A DNA stretch of 63,765 nucleotides, counting the filler, from Folioceros fuciformis (taxonomy: Eukaryota), in assembly GCA_049999805.1 (NCBI GenBank). It is 7 parts of 7 records of this genome, joined end to end, with 100 filler letters (N's around TTAATTAATTAA, not from the genome) between each part and the next. Parts side by side here need not be neighbours in the genome. Positions count along the whole stretch, not along the records: positions 1 to 8,864 come from JBNGIO010004427.1; positions 8,965 to 24,270 come from JBNGIO010004428.1; 5 more parts are not named here. One strand, given 5' to 3'. The stretch's first letter is position 1; each line of letters begins with the position of its first letter. Positions 1-12,491 of this stretch are shown here, piece after piece. A model generated the notes under the pieces. That model saw nothing but the letters and a program-made list of their open reading frames with translations, made no database searches and had not been told where the DNA came from. The translations under genes were made by a program, and so were the position numbers.

Positions 1-2189
1 CCGCGCTCTGCTGGGCAGACTCCCGCCTTCCATCCTCTCAGCTCCGCTCCCTCTCAGCTCCAGCAGCATCAAAAAAAGCCGAGCCCCTCAAATTTCCTCC
101 ACCACACCGCACCACACCCAGCAGCCTCCACCGCCGAAAGCGTGTGCTGCAGCAGCACAATCAAAGAGGTCGAAATTCCCCTCCCTTGCACCGACCCGTG
201 CACGGAACGCCCTTGCAGAATTGCACAAGCACGCAGACCTCCCAATGCGAGACGCAACCCAACGCAACGGATGCGCGTGGAATCGGGCCGTGCACACACA
301 CACAGCAGCAGCAAGTCTTGTCCCTGCTCTCTGCCCTTCCTCGTCGTCAGGCGTTGGTGCCAATTTGGCACTGCACTTGGCCTCCGCAATGGGCCGCGTC
401 CTTCGCGCTGGCACTATACACTACGAAAAAGGCCGTTATACGCCCACGAAATCAACCCTTCACGATTGCCCACGCGACGGCACTCCATAACCATAACCGT
501 TGCCCATGCTTCCCTTCATCATCGCTCTCGGATTTCACTTTACCACATGCATCACGACAGGCAAACCATCACAGGACTCCCATCCAAAATCCAATCCAAG
601 ACACGTCCAGTTACATACATACAACTGGACGCATGAGATATTATTATTACACAGACAGTGATCCGGTGGGTCCAGGATGCCACGACGGGAGCGCCGGGAG
701 CACCCAACAGGTGGTGAAGCGCGAAGCTTGTTCGTGGAACCAGGCTCAACGTCATGCTGTACGCGTAGGGTCTGCTCAGAACTGAAAGCGAACTGATTTC
801 CAGTGGACTGGACTCTCAGCAAGGCCGCAGCAAGTCTTACGATCAGTGTAGGTGCGGCTCCTTCGCCACGGCAATTCTGGACCTGCATTCAAGTCCCGTT
901 TCTTCAGGTGCTTCGGAGACTCGGGATCCATACATACAACTCAAGGGAAAGCGTTCCAGCCTTGGATGAGGAGGCTATCCTTCTTGGACGACCCCTTGCC
1001 ATAAATTTTGCGAACGCCACAACAAATGCCTGGGGATGAGATGATCTTGCGCATCCCAGCCGATGACTCAGAGTGCCTGGATCGAAATCATTTACAGGTT
1101 AGGAAATTGGAGCTGGAGGCGGGGGCGGAGAGTACCTCATTGCTTAGAGCTCAGGAAGCGTAAGGGCCCGCACCGCACTTTGCCCCATTCAAGAATGGAA
1201 AATGGATGAGAACGGAAGGAAGGGAATGTGTGTCCACGAGGGAGGGGAAGGGCGTGCTCGAGTTCTCTACCGAATTTCACGGGAAAGCACATGTGTGGTG
1301 ACAAGGCACGCACACCGCAACTTTACGACACCTTCTCGCAATTCCTTAGATTTACATGGGGCCATGGCTGATGCGGTCGGGTAGGCCCGACGTTTCCACA
1401 TTTAGAGGGTGCAATATCGCATTCACCTTGACCTGACTGAGCTGACTCTCGACACTTCGCCGACAAGAAGGTACAAGACCGCTACACGTCATTCGGACGG
1501 GAACTTTCTGGTCATCGGACTTCCTGACCTGAGCCAATAGTGTCTCTAAGCTAATTCGCATCCTGTCCAAGTACGTATTATCCTTAAGATAGTCCATGTC
1601 AACTTATTATGCACAGGTTTGTGTTCCATTTTGTTTAAGTTTATTTTCAGGTCTGGAGTTTTGAAGTTTAAGGGTGCCATGTGAGAGATGTCTAGATTCA
1701 TGCTTGAGTAGAGAATTGGTAAGCGGCTTTCTCTCCCGTCTTGCATTGATACCCTTGGTTTGCCCTTTCTCCAATGCTTCAGCTANNNNNNNNNNNNNNN
1801 NNNNNNNNNNNNNNNNNNNNNNNNNNNNNNNNNNNNNNNNNNNNNNNNNNNNNNNNNNNNNNNNNNNNNNNNNNNNNNNNNNNNNAACTACGCTTGCTTT
1901 CATGTAGCCCGCCCTGTTGATGCACACTTAGGGCTGCTTTCCATGAGGTTATTTCTGAATGTTTCAATTTCTGACATTGCCAAACCTATGCATAATGCCA
2001 AAAATGTTCCGCAAAGAAGGGAAGTTGCTGCAAACTTCCGTAATGAGCGCGATAACCCACCTCTAGCGAAACTTTTGGTGTTTTCGACCGGGACTGGACA
2101 CCACCGTGGCAAGGGCATGGACCTTTTGCTAGTAGATTTTTGGCATGTTTTCTGAAGCCATCTTGCACTCCTCGTAGCTTGGCAATGAA

Positions 2190-2330
2190 CATGCAGGCCT
2201 AGAGAATAGCGTGCAAGCCTGGAGAAGAGTGTGCAGGCCTGGAGAAGAGCGTGCAGGCCTGGAGAAGAGCGTGCAGGCCTGGAGAAGGGCGTGCAGGCCT
2301 GGAGAAGAGCGTGCAAGCTCGGAGAAGACC
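2190..2330 (+). repeat. 20-bp tandem repeat GTGCAGGCCTGGAGAAGAGC, about 7 copies (subterminal region of the Harbinger element)
   Basis: Directly visible periodic copies with few substitutions. Confidence 0.95.
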
Positions 2331-2437
2331 ATGCCTTGCCCAGATCAGAGCGTGTAGGCACAAGCAAACCTTGTAATCCTATGTATCGCGTGATTCTTGG
2401 TTTTCACTACCGCTGGCCATGTCGTAACGTAGTGACA

Positions 2438-2601
2438 TTACGGATTGGTGCAGGTCCCTAGCACAGGCGGTCTTACGGATTGGTGCAGGTCCCTAGCACA
2501 GGAGGTCTTACGGATTGGTGCAGGTCCCTAGCACAGGNNNNNNNNNNCCCTAGCACAGGAGGTCTTACGGATTGGTGCAGGTCCCTAGCACAGGCGGTCT
2601 T
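2438..2601 (+). repeat. 35-bp tandem repeat TTACGGATTGGTGCAGGTCCCTAGCACAGG(C/A)GGTC, at least 4 copies, collapsed across a 10-N gap
   Basis: Copies start at 2438, 2473 and 2508 and continue after the gap. No spacers. Confidence 0.95.
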
Positions 2602-3856
2602 CTCTTCCAGCGATCGTCAAACACGGTTGAAGAGGCAACCCATGGCCAGCCGTCAGCATCTATAGGAATTGCTGCCCTACTTTCTAATGTTCCTCCTAGC
2701 TCTTGTCCATTGTCACTTCCATTAGCACTGCCAACGTTTGTTAGTAGTAGTAGACCCACAATTACACCAGTTGGTGTATCTACTGTATGTCATGTCCCTA
2801 TAGTTCCAAGTGTCCGTCAAGCCCCCTCTACCAATCAAGCATTTAATGCCCCTAGGAAACTTTGGACTGTGTAGGAGCTTCACGTTTTGCAAGCTGTCAG
2901 GGAGAAGAACAAGAAGGCTACAGAATGGTGGGAGGAGGTAGCCAGTTATTGCAAGGTGAATGGTGTAGCTTGCACACCTAGCCAAGCTAAGAGCAAGTGG
3001 GATAGCCTTTCTCAAGATTGGAAGAAAATTAATGACAACTGTCAGCATCCTTTGAACGGCCAAGACATCTATTGGCAGTTGTCTACTGAGCAAAAGAAGG
3101 CTCAAAAACAAGACATCTATTGGCAGTTGTCTACTGAGCAAAAGAAGGCTCAAAAACTGCCACTTTCATTTGACCACAGCCTGGTCCAAGCAATTGAGTT
3201 ATGGTACACAGATTCTCAAGCCATTGCACCAGATTTTCATCAGTTGGGAGACACTAGCAACTTACCACAAGGTATGAAGATATTGTAAGCAACTAGTCTC
3301 TTTAAAGTTTACATTTTCCTTGCACTTGACATGCATATTAGCTTACTACAATTGATTCTTGGAGACTAGGCCTGCAGCATAAGGCTAGGCCTCATGTTGA
3401 AGAGGGTGCCTACAACTGTAACTGTGAGATTATTGTGGTTGCAGACACCCCAGTTCGACAAGAGAAACATCACATGGCGAAGGTTAACCCGACCCAACGG
3501 AGGAATATTTCCCCTCACCATCTGAATCCTTAAATGCTAATGGTATGGAATTTGAGGATCCATCAGTTGAGAATCTTAGGAGTGCAAGGAAGAAGCGGAA
3601 AGTGCTAACAGCAAAACGAGGTGAAGAATTATTTGTGGCTATGTCTAGCAACTTTGTGAACCAATTGCGGGATACATAAGCTAACAAAAACAAGAGGCAC
3701 AAGGCCAACCTGGACTTCCAAGAACGAGTCCACCATGACATGATGCAGCACAACCAGGCTTTCATACAATCTCAAAATCAAATTGGTGAGGGTTTTGTCA
3801 CCAGTTTCATGAAAATTGGCGAAGCTTTGAGCAAGATAGGTGACAAATTACTGTAG
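2572..3856 (+). pseudogene. Harbinger Myb/SANT-like (trihelix) DNA-binding protein, pseudogenised
   Basis: RKLWTV*ELHVLQAVRE...WWEEVASYCKVNGVACTPSQAKSKWDSLSQDWKKI matches the trihelix Trp pattern. In-frame stop at 2872-2874, a 48-bp internal duplication (3061-3156), a probable intron ~3272-3443 and a coiled-coil-like last exon ending at 3856. Start position uncertain. Confidence 0.8.
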
Positions 3857-3869
3857 GTATTTAATTTAG

Positions 3870-4853
3870 GAACTCATGTCTTGTGCCGCTTGATGGTTGG
3901 ACCACAAGACTCTAGCAAAGTTCTGTCGAAGTCTATCACCATTTGCGTCCATGGCTAAACACGAAACAGTTCAATATCCAACATCATGATGGTCTTCATT
4001 ATCTGCAGACAAGTCGCCATTATTGATGAGGACGTTGTGTAGCTAACACCAACCAAGTAATATTGCCCACAGTCTGTCCATGTCTAGTTTCCAAATAGTC
4101 ATACTCAACATCCTTCATGTACGTTTCAACTTTCCAAAAGCTCGTTTTACTACCATGCATGTCGAGGAGTGCTTGAAATTGAAATAATCTTTCTCTGCAA
4201 ATATATGCCTTTTAGGGAAGGGTGTAAGGAGCCAAGGCAAGGATGAGTACCTGATGCATCACCCACAATATACTTGCGGATGCTGAAGTTTCCCATTATC
4301 ACAGAATCTCCATTTAAGATATCACCTTGTAATGCTTTCTTGTATAAGCCTGAATTGCTCAGTATTCTTGCATCGTTCATTGATCCTAGAAATTCAACAA
4401 AAACGTCCAAGAAAGGCATCTCCATATCCACACAACCTTGAATGCAGACACTATAGTCATGATTTCGATCGAAGTAGCCACTTCTCTTGACATAAGCTCA
4501 ATCTTCACGTGTGTAACATCAATAGCAGCACAACAATTTTTCAGACCTTGGTGCTCCTCAAACTTAGCCTTAGTGGTTGCAAGTGTCTCTCCTTGTGGCC
4601 AAGATATGAGATGTTTGGCTCTCCTATTCATTGCTCGAACAAATCGCCATACAATCTTTGATGTAGTTGATTCAACTAATCCAAACAACTCTCCGACAGA
4701 CTTTAAAGTGTCTCCTATAGCTAGGTGTCTCAATGCTAGGGCTACTTGAATGTCTACCACCAAATATCTGGTTGGGATTTGCCTTAGAGATGCCGGAGTC
4801 TTTCTTGTAAGATCAATAGCCAGCAAGTTGCAAATGTAAGTGAAAGTTGTGAG
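3870..4853 (-). pseudogene. Harbinger (HARBI1/DDE_Tnp_4-like) transposase, C-terminal part, frameshifted
   Basis: LTTFTYICNLL...VALALRHLAIGDTLKSVGELFGL..STTSKIV, NCCAAIDVTHVKI (first Asp), GSMNDARIL, YIVGDA motifs. Several frameshifts and stops. Confidence 0.9.
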
Positions 4854-7800
4854 CATCCAAAGGAAAGGAGAAGTGCATGCGTTGACTGAGGAGGAGGAAG
4901 GTCGGGTCTGGGAAATTTAGTGCGACCTTGCAAAGCTGGAAGAAGATAGAGCAAGGGGATGGTACAAGCGAGCTAAAGTGAAATGGGTGCAAGAAGGAGA
5001 TTATCCCTCTAAGTTCTTCTTCAACAAGGTGGCAGCGAATGGACATAAGACAAGAATTCCCGCTCTCCCCGACGCGCAGGGCATCAGGCAAGACTCCCTT
5101 AGGGACTTGAAAAAACTGATCACTTGCTTTTATGTTGGGATTTTTGCAAGTCTCGGAAAGCTAGCAGGGTGGGAGGATCTTTGGCACTCGTCCTACGGGC
5201 AGTTTCCTGCTAAAGTGACAAAGGTTCAACGTACGATTCTTGACAAGCCTCTCTCAGCTGAGGAGGTAGTGCAAGCGTTGAAGGAGATGCCGATGAACAA
5301 ATCTTCAGGGCATGACGGTATCCCCCTTGAGTTTTTGGCTTGGGGCTGGGAATTTATGGGGCCACTCTTCATGGAGGCAGTCAACATGATATGGGAGGAA
5401 GGTAGTATGGGCCCATGGTTTAACCTTGGCCACATTTCCCTTTTACCTAAGCAATATGCCAGTCTTTTCTTTGCTAATTGGCGGCCTATCACCCTCTTTA
5501 CGACCACTTATAAAGTGATTGCCAAAGTCTTAACAAACAGGCTCAAGCCCTTTTTGGACGAATGGTTGGAGTTGGAGCAATAGGGTTTCATCTAGAACAG
5601 GTGTATTCTAGATAACCTGTTGCATTTGCATGAGGCTAATTTTAATGCTTTATCTCAACACAAACTGGCAGTGTGTATCTCCTTAGATTTCTACAAGGCT
5701 TATGACTCGGTCGAATGACACTGTCTTTGGCAATGTGTGAGAAGCTTTGGGCTAGGTAACAACTTCTGCAGATGGATTGCAATTCTTTGTGAGGATGCAT
5801 GTGCAATGGTCTCCGTGAACGGCTCCTTTACCGATAGGTTTGATATCAAGAGGTTGGTATGTCAGGGATGCCCTCTGGCCTCGTTCATGTTCATCATTGT
5901 CACTGACTTTCTTCTGCGAGCAGTCAAGCAAGACTCAAGGATTGAAGGCATTCAGAATCCCGACGACTCGTAGGTGCGCATCTTGGCCTTTGCTGATGAT
6001 ACCCATTTATTCTCATCTGCAGATACGACGTCCTTAACAGCCTTGCTCTCCTAGGTTCAGATCTTTGGTCAGCTATCAGGGTGTAATGTGAATTGGAGCA
6101 AGACATCATGCGGGTCCAACCCCACTCATCACACAAGTACTTGGGCCTACCATTCCAAGAAGAGGATGAGAATGCTGAGATTGGTAAATGTGTCTGTCTC
6201 ACGTTCATCTGGAAAGCAACCAGCTTACGTCTTTTGGATCTTAGTCTTGCAAGCAGAATCATGGTCATAAACCATATTTTGACTATTTCCCTATGGTACT
6301 ACCTATTCTTATGGGCCCCTAGCAAGGTGGACTTGAGGAGGCTGTAGCAGATTATTTCCAACTTCTTGTGGAGTAAGTCTAAGGAGCTACTCTCCCCTTC
6401 CCATAAGGTGGCGTGGCGGCATATAATACAAAGCAAGCGTTTGGGTGGGCTTCGACTGGTGGATCTCACTTGCAAAATGAAGATTCTACATGTGCAATGG
6501 GTTTTGAAAGCAGCTAGCCCAATGGGCTACCCCTGGAAAAGTTGGTTAACTCAACACTTGCAACAAACTCAAGCGGTGGCCCGGGGGTGGAGGTCTATTG
6601 ACAACTTATTGGCGGATAGACCCGTGCTTGACACCAGGGAGTGTTCTCCACTCTTTACTTCAATTTGGCGCAGCTTCTTGGAAGTTAGAACCTTCCTTCA
6701 CTCAGTCCTGCCAAGGGATGATGCGTTGGGCCTCCCTCTCCAAGGTTTCAAGGGGCTTTGGTAATAGGAATTCAGTTCGCGGGTATATCGATCCCAGATT
6801 TTTGGCTCTGCTGGTAGAAGAGGCATTGTGCAGCTCGAGCACTTGTGGAACCGAGTAGATGAAGGATGGAAAACAGCGGAGGAGGTTTGAGAAGAGTTCG
6901 GGACTCCGGTTTGACATGTGAGACTAATGCTCTTATGGCTACAGAAAGGGATGGCAGAGGAGGTGAAGCAAGCATTATTGCGGCAGGCCCACGTGGGCAT
7001 TCACATGTGGGGGGTCCACCCCATGGAAGATAGGTTGAGAGACTCCGACCAGGAGAAGGATGTGACCATCCCAGACTTCGACAGGGCAATGCTTGTATCA
7101 TCTCTGACGGACGACAATGGGAATCTATCCTACAGGACTTTGAACACAGAGGGGCTTCTGGAGGTTGTAGGCAGAGAGGAAGGTATGATTGGTGGAGTGT
7201 GCCTGAGGGGGATTACCATGCTTTACAGGGCGAGGCGAGCGGGTCATTGGCTTACCCAGAAAGAGTATGATAGCAAGAAACAACCTCTGCATCGAAGTCC
7301 TGTAAGATGTTAGTTTTGCTTGAAGGAGAATTGGGAGTTAGTGATGAGACCTGAACTCTATACGTGGCATGTGACCTCCGAAAGTATACAGGAGAATGTG
7401 AGATCACTCTTCAACTTTCCTTCGGCAACCATCTACCTTCGTCTGATGCGCGCACAAAAATCTCCGTAATGAAGTCGACTGGCTCCTAAGCTGAGGCCCT
7501 CCTAGCATCGCTAGAGGGTAGCGATCAAACTCCTGAGGTCGACCATTGGGATACCCCCCAAGGTGCGGGTTACCATCTGGTGTTTCTTCCAAGCTTGTTT
7601 GCTTAACGTAAATCGCTGGGACGGGTTGTTGGCGGCCACGGGGGAGGAGTGGTGCAAGCTTTGTAGTGTTGGCATCCCGCACAAAATCCAACATATCTTC
7701 TTCCAGTGCGACTATGCGCAAGGTGTCTGGATTGAAGTTGGTATCCAAAGTCTTCTCCCAGAGAGAACCATTGTGGTTGTGGAGCAAACTGCCCTATTTG

Positions 7801-8254
7801 GGCTTGATGTGCTAGCAGGAGAGCTGATCGTTCAAAAGCAATGGCAGGGAGTGGTGCGGTCTTTGTCTCTTTTCGCCCTGTGGCAAAACTGGACAGCTAT
7901 GGTCTATGGCGGTAGTGACTCAATATCAGGGAAAGCTCTACTTTGGCGTATTTGGGAACAAGTCCTAGTGACTGCGGAGAGCATTCGTACTTCCACTCGC
8001 AGCAAGTTCAGACGGATAGAGTGGAAGACAGCTGGATTCCTCAGGCATAATGGCTAGTGGAACCACTCCTGCCCGTGGGGAAGGTATGCCACCCATTGAT
8101 GAGGGATCTCTCGCTTGCACGATAGATCACCTTTGCAGTCTAGGAATTTGCAGATAGACTAACTCCTTACACAGTTGCGCTGTGTAAGGAGTGCTGTACT
8201 CTGGATGTAGCTTGAGCTACGAATAATCAGATTTTTTTCTTCGTGAAAAAAAAA
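4854..8254 (+). mobile_element. 5'-truncated L1-clade LINE (RT plus C-terminal zf-RVT), degenerate, poly-A tail 8246-8254
   Basis: WVQEGDYPSKFFF, KSSGHDGIP, NWRPITL..TTYKVIAKVLTNRLK, LDFYKAYD, QGCPL, FADD (~5990), KYLGLP, GGL, CKLC..HIFFQC..AQGVW. GTTGTGAG is duplicated at 4846-4853 and 8256-8263. Confidence 0.93.
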
Positions 8255-8255
8255 G

Positions 8256-8586
8256 GTTGTGAGATTATCCTAAAAATTTGACGGAATCGTCCAGGATCTT
8301 GATGCCAAGTAGCTTCTTGGAACAAAGTCCACCATGCTAGCATTTCTCCATAATGTAGAAATCCCCAATCTCACGTTTCTTCCTAGAGAGTATGGAAATG
8401 GTTGTTCTAGATAAGAGGAACATCATGGTTGAAATCCTCATAATAGTAGTACTTCTCTTGAATTCAGCCCTTTAGGTTGCCCCTCCATAAAATTCAAAGC
8501 CGCTGGCAATGTCACGACACAAGCAAGAAATGAAGAAATAGCAAGCTTCTTCTCGTTGAGGACCACCCTCACAATCGGGTTCCATG
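8256..8586 (-). pseudogene. N-terminal part of the Harbinger transposase, separated by the LINE
   Basis: Minus strand reads WWTLFQEATWHQDPGRFRQIFR.., which continues into LTTFTYIC on the other side of the LINE (1-nt frameshift). Confidence 0.75.
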
Positions 8587-8589
8587 CCA

Positions 8590-8830
8590 CAGCAAGCTCA
8601 CAATTTGGGTAGCAGCAAATTCACGTCTTTGACGATTTGGATACCAACGCGCACCCAACAAGCTTACGTTTTGGGTTGCAGCAAATTCACTTCTTAACGT
8701 TTTGGATACCAGCACGCACACAACAAGCTTACGTTTTGGGTCGCAACAAGCTCACTCACGATTTGGGTCCCAGCAAGCTCACTCACGATTTTGGTCTTAG
8801 CGGGTTGCAGCAAGATCATACGATGTGGGT
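8590..8830 (+). repeat. Degenerate subterminal repeats (CAAGCT(C/T)AC..TTTGGGT..CAGCAA units)
   Basis: The motif recurs several times with variable spacing. Confidence 0.7.
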
Positions 8831-8864
8831 CGCAGTTTGCTCATGTTTTGGTATGGTCATAGAT

Positions 8865-8964
8865 NNNNNNNNNNNNNNNNNNNNNNNNNNNNNNNNNNNN
8901 NNNNNNNNTTAATTAATTAANNNNNNNNNNNNNNNNNNNNNNNNNNNNNNNNNNNNNNNNNNNN
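8865..8964. other. Artificial scaffold linker N-TTAATTAATTAA-N (also at 24271-24370, 35263-35362, 43888-43987, 52346-52445, 59940-60039)
   Basis: Identical ~100-bp spacers containing a six-frame stop oligo. Confidence 0.97.
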
Positions 8965-8994
8965 GTGTTCTTCATAATCAGATACCGACACTCA

Positions 8995-9173
8995 CCTTTG
9001 AAATTTGGGGGTGGTGGGGAGGGACTGCTAGGTCGAGATTTAGTTTTGGGAGGAACACTTTGAAGCATTGGAACAGGCTCTCCGAGATCCTTATTCCACT
9101 CCACATGTTGTATTTGAAGTCCATCAATCCATCCCGTCTCTTCTATTAAGTTACCCTCATTCGCCATTTCCAT
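8995..9173 (-). CDS. Probable first exon of an unknown gene divergent from mnmA, truncated by scaffold end
   Basis: ATG-initiated ORF MEMANEG...PPPPNFK ending at a consensus donor AG|GTGAGT. Confidence 0.4.
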
Positions 9174-9595
9174 CGCAATTCGTCTCTATGTGATATCACT
9201 CTGGCGATAGCAATCTTGTTTACCAATTAATTATTCAACTTATTTCTTCATTCATTTTTGTAATCATTAAAATTCTATAATTTCCCTTCTTTTATATTTT
9301 CCAAGTATAGAGCAAAGAGCTCCATGGTGCAATCCCACTGCGTTTTAAATATATCCTGAAGATCTAGGGTTTAGGATTTCTCTTGGCCAAACTATATTTT
9401 ATTTGCAATTTTTTATGTTTGTGTATGGAAGGGTTAGTATAGTTGGAAGTACTTAAGGCTTGGGCGCTACGGGCGCGGGCTCGACTCTATTTCACCAGAT
9501 GTAGATGCTCATTGGTTCATTTTATTTGTTTTACAATAAAATATCCGAATTCAAGATTAATATATTAAGATATATTAGAGGTATGGAAGCGTTGT

Positions 9596-12398
9596 TTGCG
9601 AGAGGAAATTTACGGAAAGGACGGGAGGGGACGATGCATGCTGCGGGCACCCCTGAGAAAAGATGAAGCAGAAAGTGGGAAACTCACCAAGCGATGGAAT
9701 GCATCTGTGCTGTGGATGGGATCGATTGGAAGCCGCAGGGACGCGAANNNNNNNNNNNNNNNNNNNNNNNNNNNNNNNNNNNNNNNNNNNNNNNNNNNNN
9801 NNNNNNNNNNNNNNNNNNNNNNNNNNNNNNNNNNNNNNNNNNNNNNNAGCTGTAAAGGCTTGTTGGGTCATCCTGTAAGGTGCACCAGGGCATCTGGCGG
9901 CTCCACGGTCGCGCCAGGCGGCGAGAAGTTGAATAATGTGTTGAAGAATGCGCGGCCGCGGTCTGCGCGGCCTTTGCCGGATGAGGCGGGGCGTGGGGTG
10001 GTGGACCAGGACAGCATCGTTGCGGAAGCGGTGCAGGAAGCGGTGCTGATGAAGGGCTCTCAAGTCGGGGGGAAGCGGCTCAAGGTGGCGGTGCTTCTCA
10101 GCGGCGGCGTTGACAGCAGTGTGGCGTTGCGCCTTCTCTGCTTGGCTGGATATGACTGTACCGCATATTACCTCAAGATTTGGTTCCAGGTACTGGTTGA
10201 GTTCTGTCAAGTGCTGTGGTTGGGGTTGTGAGCAGGATTTGAGGACGGGTGTGGGTTGTGCAGGAGGATTTTGAAAACTTTTGGTCCGCGTGCCCGTGGG
10301 AGGAGGATCTGAAGTACGCGCAGGATGTTTGTGATAAGGTCGCTGCTCATGCGTAAAGTGTGTGCTGTGAACTCGCTCGTGCTTTTCTCCTTCTCTTCTG
10401 TCCGGGTGGTAGCAGCTTGCTCACATATTTATTCTGGCTGGCATATCCATGGCAGGTGGGGGTGGACTTGAACGTTGTGCATCTTACTGACGACTATTGG
10501 GCGAAAGTGGTGCGTTGGCATCTTGTGTTGTTGCTAATGGCAGAATCCGATCAGCATGTTCATTTTTCCTTCTGGGATAAGAAGCTGGCCAAGGCCAAGG
10601 TTCGCTGGGTTACAGACTGGATGCTGGGTTTTGGGTTCTGGACAGGTGTCGCATAGCATATCAGAAATCCAGGCTGGTCGAACTCCCAATCCTGACATCT
10701 TGTGCAACACCAGGATCAAGTTTGGTAAAGTCATGTCTCAGCCAGACAGAGTGTGCATTGCAATGGTCCGGCACTGGCACTGGCACTGGCACTGGCGCGG
10801 CTAAGCCAGTCTTGATGTGCACAGCTCAGCTGACTAAGGTTGTGGCAGGCTCCTTCTTCGACCACATTGATTTCTCGCAGTACGATCTAGTTGCCTCTGG
10901 TCACTATGCAAGGGTGGAGCGAAGTGTTGATTCATCAGGACGCAGTCTCACGCTGCTCAAGCTCTCTGCTGATGAGGTCTATCCATCACTGCTGTGTCAA
11001 AACCCTTGTATTATTCGTCCAGTTGTGAACGTTGTGAGCTCATCGTGGTTGGAAGTTGCATCGGTGTGTTGATGTTGACATGGGTTTTAGGTCGACTTGC
11101 GCAGTTGAAGGACCAAACGTATTTTCTCTCGCACCTCTCACAAGCTCAGTTGTCGAAGCTCATCTTCCCTTTGGGCACGTTGTCAAAGGTTGGTTTCTTC
11201 CTTACTTTGCCCCCATTATTGGTGCTGCATTTTCGACCTACGTGCTGCTTGTCGTGGCTTTAAGCGATTGGTCTTGTCTGTGTTTTCTGCCACTGTAGTC
11301 CAGAGTGAGAAAGCTAGCTGATGCCATGAATCTACCCAACAAGCAGAGAAAGGACTCTCAGGGCATTTGTTTCCTGGGAAAGGTATGCCATCCGTTTCTT
11401 CGGATGCAGATGCGGATTATGCTGCTGTGTTACTACGTCATCGGCACATATCCACACCTGACACAAATCTGCTCTGTTCCTTGTCAGGTCAGATTTAGTG
11501 AGTTCATTTCGAAACATGTTGGTGAGAAAGTGGGTAGAATAATTGAAGCAGAGAGTGGGGTCTTGTTGGGTAATCACAACGGGTTCTGGTTCTACACCAT
11601 TGGTCAGCGCCATGGTCTTCGGTTACCTGATGGCCCATGGTAAGTGCTCAGGATGCTAGCTGGATTGGTTAGTCCTAATTCAGGATCATCGAGTGTGGTG
11701 AGGCTGAACGAGTAGGAATGCATCATCCACCACCAGGTTTGTCGTGGCCAAGGACGTTGAGCACAACGTGATCTTCGTGTCCAAAAACTACTACACCCAG
11801 GAGAAGCAGAGAAGCTCATTCAAACTCGGCTACTTGAATTGGTTATCAGGATACCCACCCGAGAACTTTCATGGTGTGCGCTGCAAGGTAGGTCTCCCAT
11901 CCTGCGCAGACTGAAGCTGGGGAGTAGACAAGAACAAATTTCTCATAGGAGCCTCTGCTCTTTTGTCTGTGGGATGGGTCGGTGACGCAGGTCCGACACG
12001 GTCCCAGGTTTTACAGTTGCACTGTCGAATATGAGCACAATGGGTCAGAGTCGCCCGGAGTCCCCTCCAATGCAATAGTAAGGTTGTCAGAGGATGACCA
12101 AGGGCTTGCACCGGGGCAGTTTGCGGCTTTGTATTCTGGCGACACGTGCCTTGGTTCTGGGGTAATTGCCGGAGCCCTGGACGGATGCAACTGCAGCAAT
12201 GTCTCTGAAGAAGCTGTGAGAGCAGCCTCGACATGCATCCATCCTGAACGGAAGAAGCTGGTCAGAGGAGTGAAGGGCTCTACTAAATTTCGTAACGCGC
12301 GGAGGAGGCAAGAGGTCGTAGAGGGTGATAGGCCTCGCCCGACCATCAGTTTTTGGCAGGCTGTGAGGGATTGGGCCCTCCGATTTCTTTCAAGTTAG
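9596..12398 (+). CDS. mnmA: Organellar tRNA-specific 2-thiouridylase (about 10 exons; N-terminal transit region crosses an N gap, start uncertain)
   Basis: [86 protein letters not shown] motifs joined by GT-AG introns. Confidence 0.95.
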
Positions 12399-12491
12399 TT
12401 GGAATTTCTGGATGCCCGTTGGGAAGACTCGTCTTCGGCCTTCTTTTATGTGCATTATAAAGAATGAGATGATATTTTCTGTGGGCTAACG

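Larger units (their letters stand above)
1931..8864. mobile_element. Decayed PIF/Harbinger DNA transposon (Myb/trihelix ORF on +, DDE transposase on -), right end lost at scaffold end, carrying a nested LINE
   Basis: Two convergent ORFs typical of Harbinger. Candidate left end TTA|GGGCTGCTTTCC at 1928-1942 fits a TTA TSD plus GGGC-starting TIR. Tandem repeats lie near both ends. The left boundary is inferred. Confidence 0.75.

Noticed and set aside
2438..2601. 35-bp repeats of CRISPR-like length
   Set aside because: Head-to-tail with no spacers, no cas genes, plant TE context
8909..8920. Recurrent TTAATTAATTAA palindrome and ORFs ending in LIN
   Set aside because: Artificial contig linker
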